Assembly (NCBI RefSeq): GCF_003149375.1
Contig: NZ_QFWH01000005.1
Coordinates: forward strand, 14,004-78,003
Source: Vampirovibrio chlorellavorus
GTDB lineage: Bacteria; Cyanobacteriota; Vampirovibrionia; Vampirovibrionales; Vampirovibrionaceae
Reading direction: 5' to 3'
DNA: 64,000 bases
Both the position numbers and the translations under genes were made by a program. Every line of letters starts with the position of its first letter. Within the stretch, counting starts at the first letter, position 1. This document shows positions 1 through 8,707 of the stretch, piece by piece. The notes beneath the pieces were generated by a model. It saw only the letters and a program-made list of their open reading frames with translations, did no database searches and was not told where the DNA came from.

Positions 1-1
1 G

Positions 2-649
2 AATCAGGGCATTGCCGCCGGACGCAACGTTATCCTCCACGATGCCACCGTTTCCCAGCGTGTCAGCGCCGGAAACGAAGTAGCCCTTGAACATTCGGAA
101 GTCAAGGGCCTCATTGCACTGGGGGGGCACCTGGCGACGCTGGATGACAGCAAGGCCTCAGACATCCTCTTTTCCGAGAGAAATCAAACGATGGGCTCAG
201 GCATCATCATCGGCGGTAATAACAGTTCCACCGTGCGGGTGGGCCCCACCGGTCTTTCCGCCATCAACGGCTTTACCGTCAAAGGCGCCATGAGCCAGAC
301 CACGGTGATTACTCCGGAGCAAACCATCTATGTTAATGGCCGCAAAGTCTCCGGGGAAGGCCCAGTGAGTTATCAGGCCTATCAGGCCACCAACCCGGAA
401 GCACCCACCGTATATGGTCCGGGCTGGGATCCCTCGGTACTCTCCTCCTCTGCCCCAAAAACCGCTGCCCTTAGCAGTAAAAAGAAAGCGGAAAACAAAC
501 CGGTTGTGAATGTGCTGGAACTCCGCAATGGCAGTACCGTCAGTGGGCAAGTGCAGTTTGACAGTGGCTACGGAAAAATTGTGGTGTATCCCGGCAGTCA
601 GTTTCTGGGGAAAGTCGTTAACGGCTTTGTCGAGAAAAAGTCGCGCTAA
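2..649 (+). CDS. 3' portion of a larger secreted/surface protein of unknown function (reading frame is open from the window edge)
   Basis: Frame 2 is open from nt 2 with no stop until 649; the track ORF 191..649 is its C-terminal part. Gly/Ser/Thr/Val-rich, no recognisable catalytic motif. Confidence 0.35.
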   Translation, partial: NQGIAAGRNVILHDATVSQRVSAGNEVALEHSEVKGLIALGGHLATLDDSKASDILFSERNQTMGSGIIIGGNNSSTVRVGPTGLSAINGFTVKGAMSQTTVITPEQTIYVNGRKVSGEGPVSYQAYQATNPEAPTVYGPGWDPSVLSSSAPKTAALSSKKKAENKPVVNVLELRNGSTVSGQVQFDSGYGKIVVYPGSQFLGKVVNGFVEKKSR

Positions 650-795
650 TTTATAGCAGAAACCGCAACGAGACAGCTCATATCCTGTGGGCCCGAGTCT
701 GCTATCGGATTGCACTCCTGCCGATAGAGGATTTTCAAAAGCCTGAGGACTGCTATGCTGGGGCTTTGGGAATGTCGTTGGGAGCTTGATGATTA

Positions 796-1326
796 ATGAC
801 AAAGAAGCAAGAGCGTTGGCACGATAAAAAGCCGGATATGGCCAAAGCCATCCATTTTTTAGGCTCATTGCCAAATGAAGTCCAGACCATTATTGGCGAT
901 TGTGTGGTCAAAATCGCGGAAAAAGAATACAAGGTTTCCCAGTTAATGAACAACCTCAAATCGTTGGGCAGCGAAAAAATCCTTGGGCTCCACCAGTCCC
1001 AGAAAAAACGACGTAATTATGACAAAAACCCCGCCACCCACAAGGCGGTCAACCACGTCTATATATTACCCGAGAGTGATCAGGCCAAAATGACAAAGCA
1101 CGTCTTAAACCTGATGGATAGCGTTTTCTCCTACTTTGAAATTCATCAGTCCTTGAACGTGCCGCCAGAAAAAGAGACGCTTCAGAAGCTGGCCGATGCC
1201 TTTACGGAGGGTGGTCCCAAGCAGGCCACTGCGTTCAATAAAGCGCTTCGTCAAAAACTGACCCAAAACGCCAAGCCCGCGGAATATTTAAAGGACTCTC
1301 ACGGCGATTTGATTATTGGGCAGTAA
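796..1326 (+). CDS. hypothetical protein (paralog of the 19105..19722 product)
   Basis: 176 aa ORF. Clear colinear similarity to the 19105..19722 protein, for example MNNLKSLGSEKILGLHQSQKKRRNYDKNP...YILPESDQ aligns with INDLKSLGKDKALALYKSRARRRDYDLDP...MILEPSDQ. No family recognised. Confidence 0.55.
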   Translation: MTKKQERWHDKKPDMAKAIHFLGSLPNEVQTIIGDCVVKIAEKEYKVSQLMNNLKSLGSEKILGLHQSQKKRRNYDKNPATHKAVNHVYILPESDQAKMTKHVLNLMDSVFSYFEIHQSLNVPPEKETLQKLADAFTEGGPKQATAFNKALRQKLTQNAKPAEYLKDSHGDLIIGQ

Positions 1327-1365
1327 GTCACCCTGTCCATTGGATTAAATCACGCTGAAGGTCGC

Positions 1366-2805
1366 TCAGGGTGCGCCTTCTGTCTTGAGCCTGTTTCTCA
1401 CCGCAAGTAAAAACAGGCCCAGTGCCATTAATAATAAATAGGAATTCATCAGCACCATCCAGGACAGGCCGTGCAGGCCCATCAGCTGAAGCCCCAGCCA
1501 GTCCATGCCAATGCGCAGCGCTAACAAAACCACGCCAATCAAAAGCAAGGGGCGAATCAGGTTGAGGTTATAGAAGCAACTGCTCATCAAACGCCAGAGC
1601 GCCGTGTAGGGAACCATCACAATCAGAATCTGATAACACTGCGACACCAGCATTGTATTGTGAGCGGTGAACGCTCCCCGTTCGTACACGACTTTGATCA
1701 ACCAGGGGGCAAACACCACCGAGCCCACAATCAGGGGTAAACTCCACAACAGGATTTGGACACTGGCGCCTTTCAGGATGGCAAGCGCCTTTTCCAGATC
1801 CTGCTCGGAGCAGGCCTGATTCAGGTCTGCCAGTTTGACCATTTGCAAATTGACGACCGTAAGACTTCCCGCGATCAGAACACTTACGTAAGCGTATCGA
1901 AAGGCGCTGGGCTCGCCGGTGGGCAAAAAACTCAAAAAGTAGTTGTCCACCAGGGCCGTCAGTGAGAAAACACCCCAGGTCAGGCTGACCGGTATTATTT
2001 TTTGCAGGAAAGACGCTGACCCTTCCGTGCGCCAAACCCACCGGGGCCGGATTTTCAACCCCACACAGTACATCAACAATTCCACCAGTTGGGAAAGGGG
2101 CAATGCGATTACCAGCCCCATTGGTCCCATCATCTTCAATAAAAGCACAAAGCTGACAATAAATAGCAACAGGCTGGTGATTCGGGGAAGCTGGTAGAGT
2201 GCAAACCGTTTTTCCTGAATGCAGAGTACCCGAAACATTTCAGCCACCTGAAACATAAAGCAGGACGGCAGAACCAGCCAGGTCAGCAGTAGCAGGTGCT
2301 GTAACTTCTCACCGGACCAGCTTGGCGCTATCAGTTGTGCAATGGGTTGATGAAGCAGGCCAATGGCTCCCCCGACAAGCAGGGTAAACAGAATGGTGTA
2401 ATTGAGCAAGACGACTAATAGCCTTTGCGGCGAAAAAGGCGCGTCATGTTGATCTGTCTGAGCTGGCTGGTTGACTGGATGCGCCTGCTTTCGGCTGGAC
2501 TCTGCCGACTCACACTGAGCCACCGCCGGAATCAGCGCGCCGTAGCCCAACTGCTCAAAATAGCTTCTGGTAAATATCAGGATATTATTAACCAGCGTGT
2601 AGGCGTCCATGAATTGAGCCAGCCCCAGAAAGGCCGTCATCACAATTTCTTTTAAAAAAGTCAGCCCTACCACCAGAATCTGCAAGAGAGCGATTTTAGA
2701 GCCGCCCTGCCGGGACAGGGACGCTAACTTTTGCCAGCTACCCGGCGGCAGTTTCCGATAAATTGACGCTTGAAATTGTGTGAAGCGTTTCAGGTGAATA
2801 AGCAT
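1366..2805 (-). CDS. polysaccharide biosynthesis flippase (Wzx-like, MOP/MATE-like superfamily) membrane protein
   Basis: 479 aa, about 12-14 hydrophobic helices along the whole length. First gene position inside a polysaccharide cluster. Typical Wzx size and topology. Confidence 0.55.
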   Translation of the reverse strand: MLIHLKRFTQFQASIYRKLPPGSWQKLASLSRQGGSKIALLQILVVGLTFLKEIVMTAFLGLAQFMDAYTLVNNILIFTRSYFEQLGYGALIPAVAQCESAESSRKQAHPVNQPAQTDQHDAPFSPQRLLVVLLNYTILFTLLVGGAIGLLHQPIAQLIAPSWSGEKLQHLLLLTWLVLPSCFMFQVAEMFRVLCIQEKRFALYQLPRITSLLLFIVSFVLLLKMMGPMGLVIALPLSQLVELLMYCVGLKIRPRWVWRTEGSASFLQKIIPVSLTWGVFSLTALVDNYFLSFLPTGEPSAFRYAYVSVLIAGSLTVVNLQMVKLADLNQACSEQDLEKALAILKGASVQILLWSLPLIVGSVVFAPWLIKVVYERGAFTAHNTMLVSQCYQILIVMVPYTALWRLMSSCFYNLNLIRPLLLIGVVLLALRIGMDWLGLQLMGLHGLSWMVLMNSYLLLMALGLFLLAVRNRLKTEGAP

Positions 2806-2810
2806 GTTCG

Positions 2811-3587
2811 TTAATGACTAGCCGGATGACTGGCAGGGCTGGACGATCTTGAAATCAGTTTTCGGAGTGATCGAAAAAAGTAGACAGCGGTTTGACGCAT
2901 CAGCCAAAGCTCCAGCTTGACGCTCCAATTGGTAATGTACCAGAGATCCGCGTCTGTTTTTTCCTGGATCTGATCCACCGTGGGATTCGGGTTTTTCATT
3001 TGAGCGTAGCCGGTGATTCCGGGCCTGAAAAAGTGCCTGCAACTGTAATTCTGAACATCCTCATCACGGAACCGCTTTACAAAAACAGGACGCTCCGGGC
3101 GTGGGCCTATCAATGACATTTCGCCCAACAGAATATTCCAGAGCTGGGGCAATTCATCCACGTGCGTTTTCCGTAAAAAGCGCCCAATTGCCGTAATTCG
3201 CGCATCTCCCTCCTGCACCCAGGTGGGGCCTGTTTTAGCTTCCGCCTGATCCACCATGGTACGAAACTTGATCAGGGTAAACGGCTTTTCATAAATCGAC
3301 AATCGCTCCTGACGAAATAAGACCGGCCCCGGCGAGGTCAGTTTAATGGCCAGGGCAATCAGCACAAAAAGGGGGGCAAAAAAAACCAGTCCCAGGCTGG
3401 CAAGGATCACATCGAACACGCGCTTGAAACCATACCACCGACGATACTCCACAGAGGGGGTAAACGGCATGTATTCCAGCAAAAAGCGCTCCGAGGCCGC
3501 TTCTGGCTCAGGAAGGGAAGATTGCCTGGGAAATGATGACGGTTCCATCAAAAAAACAAACTCCTCGATTGGCCTTATGCGTTGCAC
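2811..3587 (-). CDS. bacterial sugar transferase (polyprenyl-phosphate glycosyl-1-phosphate transferase, WbaP/WcaJ C-terminal type)
   Basis: FKRVFDVILASLGLVFFAPLFVLIALAIKLTSPGPVLFRQERLSIYEKPFTLIKFRTM matches the bacterial sugar transferase (PF02397-type) signature. True start is probably an internal Met. Confidence 0.75.
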   Translation of the reverse strand: MQRIRPIEEFVFLMEPSSFPRQSSLPEPEAASERFLLEYMPFTPSVEYRRWYGFKRVFDVILASLGLVFFAPLFVLIALAIKLTSPGPVLFRQERLSIYEKPFTLIKFRTMVDQAEAKTGPTWVQEGDARITAIGRFLRKTHVDELPQLWNILLGEMSLIGPRPERPVFVKRFRDEDVQNYSCRHFFRPGITGYAQMKNPNPTVDQIQEKTDADLWYITNWSVKLELWLMRQTAVYFFRSLRKLISRSSSPASHPASH

Positions 3588-4603
3588 GCCTTGTCCGTAT
3601 AGTTCACCAAAGGCTCACCGGCCTGCAAAGTATCCCCGCAGGATCCCTTTTGACACCGGATGTACTCCACCACCTCCGCCAGTCCGTCTTTAAAGGCGAC
3701 GCTCGGGCAAAACCCAAGCAGCGTCCTGGCCTTCTCGATACTGGATAAAGAGTGCCGCAAGTCGCCCCGACGCTCCGGTCGATGCGCCACTTCAAAATTC
3801 TGGAACCCCAGCGCCCTTAAGCATTCAATCAAATCCAGCAGAGAGCGCTTTTGACCGCTTCCGATATTCAGAACCTCAAACGGGTACTGTCCGGTATTCG
3901 CTAGCGCCTTCAGGTTGGCTTGCACCACGTCGGCCACATTGACAAAATCGCGGGTCTGCTTCCCGTTCCCAAACACAGTTAAATTCCGGTTTGAGAGCAA
4001 GTTGCCAATGAATAACGAAATAACGCCCGCATAGTCAGAACTCTGACTCTGCCGGGCTCCGTAAATATTAAAGTACCGCAAGCAGGTCACCTGCATGTGA
4101 TTAAACCTGGAATAAAACTGACCATACTGTTCCCCAACCAGTTTACTGAGCCCGTATTGGGAGGCTGGTTGCGGCAGTAAGCCTTCGTGGCACTCCGGAT
4201 ACTCCACCGGCCCATACACAGCGGCACTGGAGGCAAACACCAGATGCTTGACCCCGGCTTGTCCTGCCGCCTCAAACACGTTGCCCGTCCCCAGAATATT
4301 CACCTCATAAGTACTTTGCGGATCCCGAACCGACTCAGACACGGAGGCAATGGCCGCCTTGTGAAAAATGATATCCTGATCCCGGCAGGCTTGCGTTAAA
4401 GCGGGCATGTCGCGAATATCACCCTGAATGAACTCAACCTTTCCGCCGTGCTGTAGAATGTTATGGCGTTTACCTGTCGATAGATTATCAAACACACTCA
4501 CCCGATGCCCCTCCGACACCAGGGCATCCACCAGATGTGAACCGACAAAACCTGCCCCGCCAGTGACAAGGCAGTTCATACCCGAACGTTCAGACTTCGT
4601 CAT
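3575..4603 (-). CDS. NAD-dependent nucleotide-sugar epimerase/dehydratase (SDR family)
   Basis: N-terminal GGAGFVGSHLV Rossmann motif and catalytic YxxxK (SQYGLSK). About 335 aa, UDP-sugar 4-epimerase-like. Confidence 0.8.
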   Translation of the reverse strand: MTKSERSGMNCLVTGGAGFVGSHLVDALVSEGHRVSVFDNLSTGKRHNILQHGGKVEFIQGDIRDMPALTQACRDQDIIFHKAAIASVSESVRDPQSTYEVNILGTGNVFEAAGQAGVKHLVFASSAAVYGPVEYPECHEGLLPQPASQYGLSKLVGEQYGQFYSRFNHMQVTCLRYFNIYGARQSQSSDYAGVISLFIGNLLSNRNLTVFGNGKQTRDFVNVADVVQANLKALANTGQYPFEVLNIGSGQKRSLLDLIECLRALGFQNFEVAHRPERRGDLRHSLSSIEKARTLLGFCPSVAFKDGLAEVVEYIRCQKGSCGDTLQAGEPLVNYTDKACNA

Positions 4604-4687
4604 ACTTTAACACCCAACAAGCACTTTCTTGACTCTACTTTGGTTCATATCGGCGAGGGCAGGGAAAACTTTAAGCCAATTTCAAAT

Positions 4688-5866
4688 TCAGGACGAATTG
4701 GAGCCCAGCAGATAGGAAGCAAGCGCCTGCAGCTTTTGACTGGCGTCGAAATGACGAGAAACAGAATCGCGGGCGTTCTGGCTCATTGACTGGCAATACG
4801 CCGGATTTTCTATAACCTTCCTCACCAGGGCGGTAGCGCCCTCCACATCGCCATGCTTCACCAGAAATCCGTTGCACCCTGACTCCAGTATTTCACCCAT
4901 CCCGCAAACGTCCGAAGCCAGCACAGGCACACCAGCGGCCATGCTTTCCAAAACCGAGTTGGGACACCCCTCATAATCGGTAAATAAAACCGTGAAATCC
5001 AGATCGCCATAAACTTTGGGCATATCGGCGCAATAACCCGCCATCCCAATGCGATCCGTAAAACCCGAGGCTTGAATCAGGCGCTCCAGATGGGGGCGAT
5101 CCGGGCCTTCCCCGATCAAGACCCCGTAAACGTGCGGAAATTCCCGGCATAAGGCGGTCATCAACTGAATGAAATAATCGTAGCGCTTGCCCGGCACCAA
5201 GCGGCCCACCATGCCAATTTTAAAAGCACCGGGTGGTCGCGCTTCCGCAAAGGGAGCGGTATCGGAGGTTAGAGACGCTGAGCGGTTGGCAAATTCCGCA
5301 ATCGGAATGCCATCGTGAATGGTGTGAATCCGATCCGGGCGACAAATGCCCCCATTCATCATCTGCCGCCGAATATATTCGGACACCGTGATGTAACGGA
5401 CGCCCAGCAGGGCCAACCCTCGATGCATGAGGTAAATCATTTTGAGTGTGCGAGAGCCCGGTGGCGCCCCCTCTCCCCGAATAATGGCAAACCGACCCGG
5501 AACCCTGCACAACCAGCTTGCCACACCACTCAACCCAATCAACTTGACCCCTGAGGCCAGTACCACATCCGGCTTTTCCTTGAGAAAAACCTTGATGATG
5601 AAAAAAAGCACCTGAAGTTCCTGCCAGGGCCGAATAGCCCGATCGATGAGAGGAGAGTAATACGTTTTCACAGGTAAGCCGTTTTGCGCAATCGTCTGTC
5701 CTAGCCAGGTCTTTTCCGCGTTGGAGATCAACACCGTTTGCACACCCTTGGCAACCAGTGCTTCCGCCAACAGAAACGTCTGCTTTGTACCCCCGCCGTA
5801 TAAATGCTCATGGGCCAGCAGGATAACTTTTTGGGCCTTCACTTCGGGCTTCACTCTGGACTTCAC
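4688..5866 (-). CDS. glycosyltransferase family 4 (GT-B, group 1)
   Basis: C-terminal EX7E-type motif ESMAAGVPVLASDVCGMGEIL. About 390 aa GT4 architecture. Confidence 0.75.
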   Translation of the reverse strand: MKSRVKPEVKAQKVILLAHEHLYGGGTKQTFLLAEALVAKGVQTVLISNAEKTWLGQTIAQNGLPVKTYYSPLIDRAIRPWQELQVLFFIIKVFLKEKPDVVLASGVKLIGLSGVASWLCRVPGRFAIIRGEGAPPGSRTLKMIYLMHRGLALLGVRYITVSEYIRRQMMNGGICRPDRIHTIHDGIPIAEFANRSASLTSDTAPFAEARPPGAFKIGMVGRLVPGKRYDYFIQLMTALCREFPHVYGVLIGEGPDRPHLERLIQASGFTDRIGMAGYCADMPKVYGDLDFTVLFTDYEGCPNSVLESMAAGVPVLASDVCGMGEILESGCNGFLVKHGDVEGATALVRKVIENPAYCQSMSQNARDSVSRHFDASQKLQALASYLLGSNSS

Positions 5867-7308
5867 GCTTTTCTCCCTGCCAATAGAAGCGGCAAATCCT
5901 GATCCAGCACAAAGCCTGCCATCAACCAGACATAAGCAGTTTCAATGGGAGAATAGAGCTTGTTATGAAATGCCCCGGTCAGGAAAAACACCAGAAAACC
6001 GGAGCAAGCCATGGCGTAGCGAACATTGTGGGACAATTGTTGCGTGCGCAGCGTCTTGAACAACAAGACAGCGGTTATCAACAGGTAGGGGGTGTAGTAC
6101 AGAACGGTACCGATCAGGCCAAAGACCGATAAGGCACAGGCCAGGGTGTCGTGCAGGTTAAAGTGAGCCAGTTGACGTTCCCGGAACATGCCATACCCAA
6201 ACAAAAATCGGGTAACGGTTTGAAAGCGCGTCACGTTCTCGAGATTGATGCCCGCTTGATAATCCTGAATAATTTTTTCCCGGCTATGGTTGCCCGACTC
6301 AATTTGACCCGGTGTAAACCGATTTCCCAATTCGGGCGTTGCGCACAAAAACAGCGCTAACGGCACTAAAACCAGCAGGCATCCCACCGTAAAATTTTTA
6401 AGCTGCCGCCAGCTTTGAGTCATCAGCAGCGATAAAGCTGCCATCATCACCACCAGACCCAGCGCCACAATGGCAATGCGGGTTTGTGTCATAGCCAAAA
6501 CCACCAGTCCCAGAAGGACGGTGGAAAGCCAGTAGAGCTTCCATTTTCCTTTAGACAAAACCAGCTGGGTGCAAATAAAGGTGAGGAACACCACGATAAA
6601 CGGTCCCAGTCGCGTGGGTAAACGCATAATGGAGGAGACCCGTATCATCCCCCCTGCTTGTATAAACTGGCACACGCCATACAACAGAATGCCATTGAAC
6701 ACCACACTCAGGCACAACAGAAAACGCTTTAAAAATAGGGGATGATTGACGTAAAGATCGTAAAGTAAACAGGGAATATAAATCAGCGGATAGACAATGG
6801 TAAAGCCCAGCAGGGAAGATGCCCCGCCCAACGAGAGCGCCGGAAATCCCGGATCGAATTGCATGCGATTGGTAAGTTGGACGGGTATTTCAACTGAACC
6901 CATGGCGATGGCCGTAAAAAAGTAGATCAGTCCCAGCAGCAGTAAGGGCGCGACCAAAAAACGCAAGCGGGTACTTCGCCAGCGTAGCATCAGATAAATA
7001 CAGTTGGGCAGCGTGGCGGCCATCAGGGCGGGAGCGCATAGCGCCGAAAAAGCGTCTCCAAAAAAAATGAGGAAAGTATAAATCACCAGACACAGTCGAC
7101 TGTTATTCCAGCTTAAAAACCAGAAAAACGGCACCACGGGCAGCATCAGGCCAAGCAAAAGGTGTATTTTGGGAGAGAGGCCAAGGGCGTCAATCAGGAA
7201 AGCGGATTGAAAAAAAGTAGCCCACAGCAACAGGATCACGACAGCGAACATTCCAAACAAAACCAGCGGAAATGCCTGCGTTTGAGTCAGCGAACGGGGA
7301 TGGCTCAT
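5863..7308 (-). CDS. O-antigen ligase / Wzy-like polysaccharide polymerase family membrane protein
   Basis: 481 aa with more than 10 TM helices and a large periplasmic loop near the C-terminal third. Start overlaps the upstream gene end (translational coupling). Assignment by topology and context only. Confidence 0.45.
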   Translation of the reverse strand: MSHPRSLTQTQAFPLVLFGMFAVVILLLWATFFQSAFLIDALGLSPKIHLLLGLMLPVVPFFWFLSWNNSRLCLVIYTFLIFFGDAFSALCAPALMAATLPNCIYLMLRWRSTRLRFLVAPLLLLGLIYFFTAIAMGSVEIPVQLTNRMQFDPGFPALSLGGASSLLGFTIVYPLIYIPCLLYDLYVNHPLFLKRFLLCLSVVFNGILLYGVCQFIQAGGMIRVSSIMRLPTRLGPFIVVFLTFICTQLVLSKGKWKLYWLSTVLLGLVVLAMTQTRIAIVALGLVVMMAALSLLMTQSWRQLKNFTVGCLLVLVPLALFLCATPELGNRFTPGQIESGNHSREKIIQDYQAGINLENVTRFQTVTRFLFGYGMFRERQLAHFNLHDTLACALSVFGLIGTVLYYTPYLLITAVLLFKTLRTQQLSHNVRYAMACSGFLVFFLTGAFHNKLYSPIETAYVWLMAGFVLDQDLPLLLAGRKA

Positions 7309-8660
7309 GGCGTGACTACGTTGGTATTGTCCAGAATGTACTTGATATTGGCCGCGGGCAAGGTGATGGCAGAGGCCGCCCCAAACGTGGATTTAATCCA
7401 GTGCTTCCAGTTTCCTTTGGACACAATCACGGAATCATTGGGAAACAGAATCATATCTTTCCTGGTGGCATCCACTTTTAAAGCCAGCATTTGTTGATTG
7501 GGCAGGGTTCTGGCCACAATAACCTGCCGGGGCTCCGCTTTATCAACATCAAGCCCGGCTTTGGCCAGCACGCTTTGTAAGCTCATCTCGGTAGGGCTTA
7601 ACTGGTACACATCCGGACGCGTTACATAACCGTAGACCCGAATGGGATAGGTCTCCTGCCCCAGATTGCTGTTTGCCAGCAGTTTCAGTACCTCAGGGTG
7701 ATTCCACTGAGCGTTTTCCAGTCGGGGAACGTAGATCACATCTTCCAGCCCCAGGGCAACATCGTTCGCCAATGCCCCGTAAGCCAGTAATTCAACAATG
7801 TTGGCCTCCACGCAAGAGGCGTTATTCAGGTTAAACACCCTTACATGGGCCAAATCCGCATCGGCCAGTAAACCGCCCGCTTTCACCAGGGCTGAACTGA
7901 GGTGGTAATCCAGTCTGGGCGGATTCACGCCAAGCGGTGTGATGGCGGAATTATCCTGCCCATCCAGTAGATACAGTCCGGGTTTTTTTACCGCTCCCAG
8001 AATATAAATGCGCTGCGGGGCAATTTTGTCCAGTGACACCGTCACTGCGGGATGACGCAAGGCGCTTGCGAATCCCTTGGTCAATACCGCAGTCAAACTG
8101 TCTACACTGTGATTGATGGTATTGACCTTACCCAACAAGGGCAAGGCAATGGTGCCATCGGGGGCGATTAAAAGGTTCCGAAGGGAAAATTCCGGATGAC
8201 TCAGCACCTGCAAGGAAATGACATCCCCCGGCTTTAAATGATAGTCCTGCCACTCGGCTTTGGCCACCAAAGGGTGATTCTCTTGATGACTGAGCGAAAC
8301 CGGATGAAAGCCTTTTTCTGGAGATGAGGCCGATGAAGCGGGCTGAGTGCTTTCCAGCGTTGCCTGAGGGTCGGACTTTGCATTTTGAGACAGGAGCTGT
8401 GTCCACCAGACCGAGAAGTCCTTGTCCGTCAGCACCACTGAAGAGGTGCTTTTCAGGGAACTCAGGGAAAGCGGCGCCGGATCTCGCTCCGCTTCCTCCA
8501 ATGAAAAACGGGTAACCGCGGACTCCGCATTCGCCTGCTGATGAGGCCCTTTCGCGGGCTCTGTGGCCATGGCGTTCTGCATGCCGAGCAACACCAGTGC
8601 CCCCCACACAGACAAGGCGGCTAGGGATTTTGGGACATTCTGTTTGAGAATCAACGACAT
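7305..8660 (-). CDS. polysaccharide export protein (Wza-like outer-membrane exporter: Poly_export plus SLBB domains)
   Basis: Signal peptide (ALSVWGALVLLGMQNAMA). The motif YHLKPGDVISLQVL...APDGTIALPLLGKV is a typical Poly_export (PF02563) signature. Confidence 0.7.
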   Translation of the reverse strand: MSLILKQNVPKSLAALSVWGALVLLGMQNAMATEPAKGPHQQANAESAVTRFSLEEAERDPAPLSLSSLKSTSSVVLTDKDFSVWWTQLLSQNAKSDPQATLESTQPASSASSPEKGFHPVSLSHQENHPLVAKAEWQDYHLKPGDVISLQVLSHPEFSLRNLLIAPDGTIALPLLGKVNTINHSVDSLTAVLTKGFASALRHPAVTVSLDKIAPQRIYILGAVKKPGLYLLDGQDNSAITPLGVNPPRLDYHLSSALVKAGGLLADADLAHVRVFNLNNASCVEANIVELLAYGALANDVALGLEDVIYVPRLENAQWNHPEVLKLLANSNLGQETYPIRVYGYVTRPDVYQLSPTEMSLQSVLAKAGLDVDKAEPRQVIVARTLPNQQMLALKVDATRKDMILFPNDSVIVSKGNWKHWIKSTFGAASAITLPAANIKYILDNTNVVTP

Positions 8661-8707
8661 ACGATATTTTCCAGCTCTGTTCAGGAAACGGCTTTTGGGG
8701 GAATTTT

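Noticed and set aside
1568-2041. Numerous 60-200 aa ORFs on the opposite strand inside large genes, for example 1568..2041, 8128..8733, 9767..10183, 21979..22563, 34323..35144, 49397..49945 and 60442..61023
   Set aside because: They lie entirely within, and antisense to or out of frame with, long ORFs that have clear family signatures. Their translations are low-complexity (Arg/Gly/Pro-rich), typical of spurious ORFs in GC-rich DNA.
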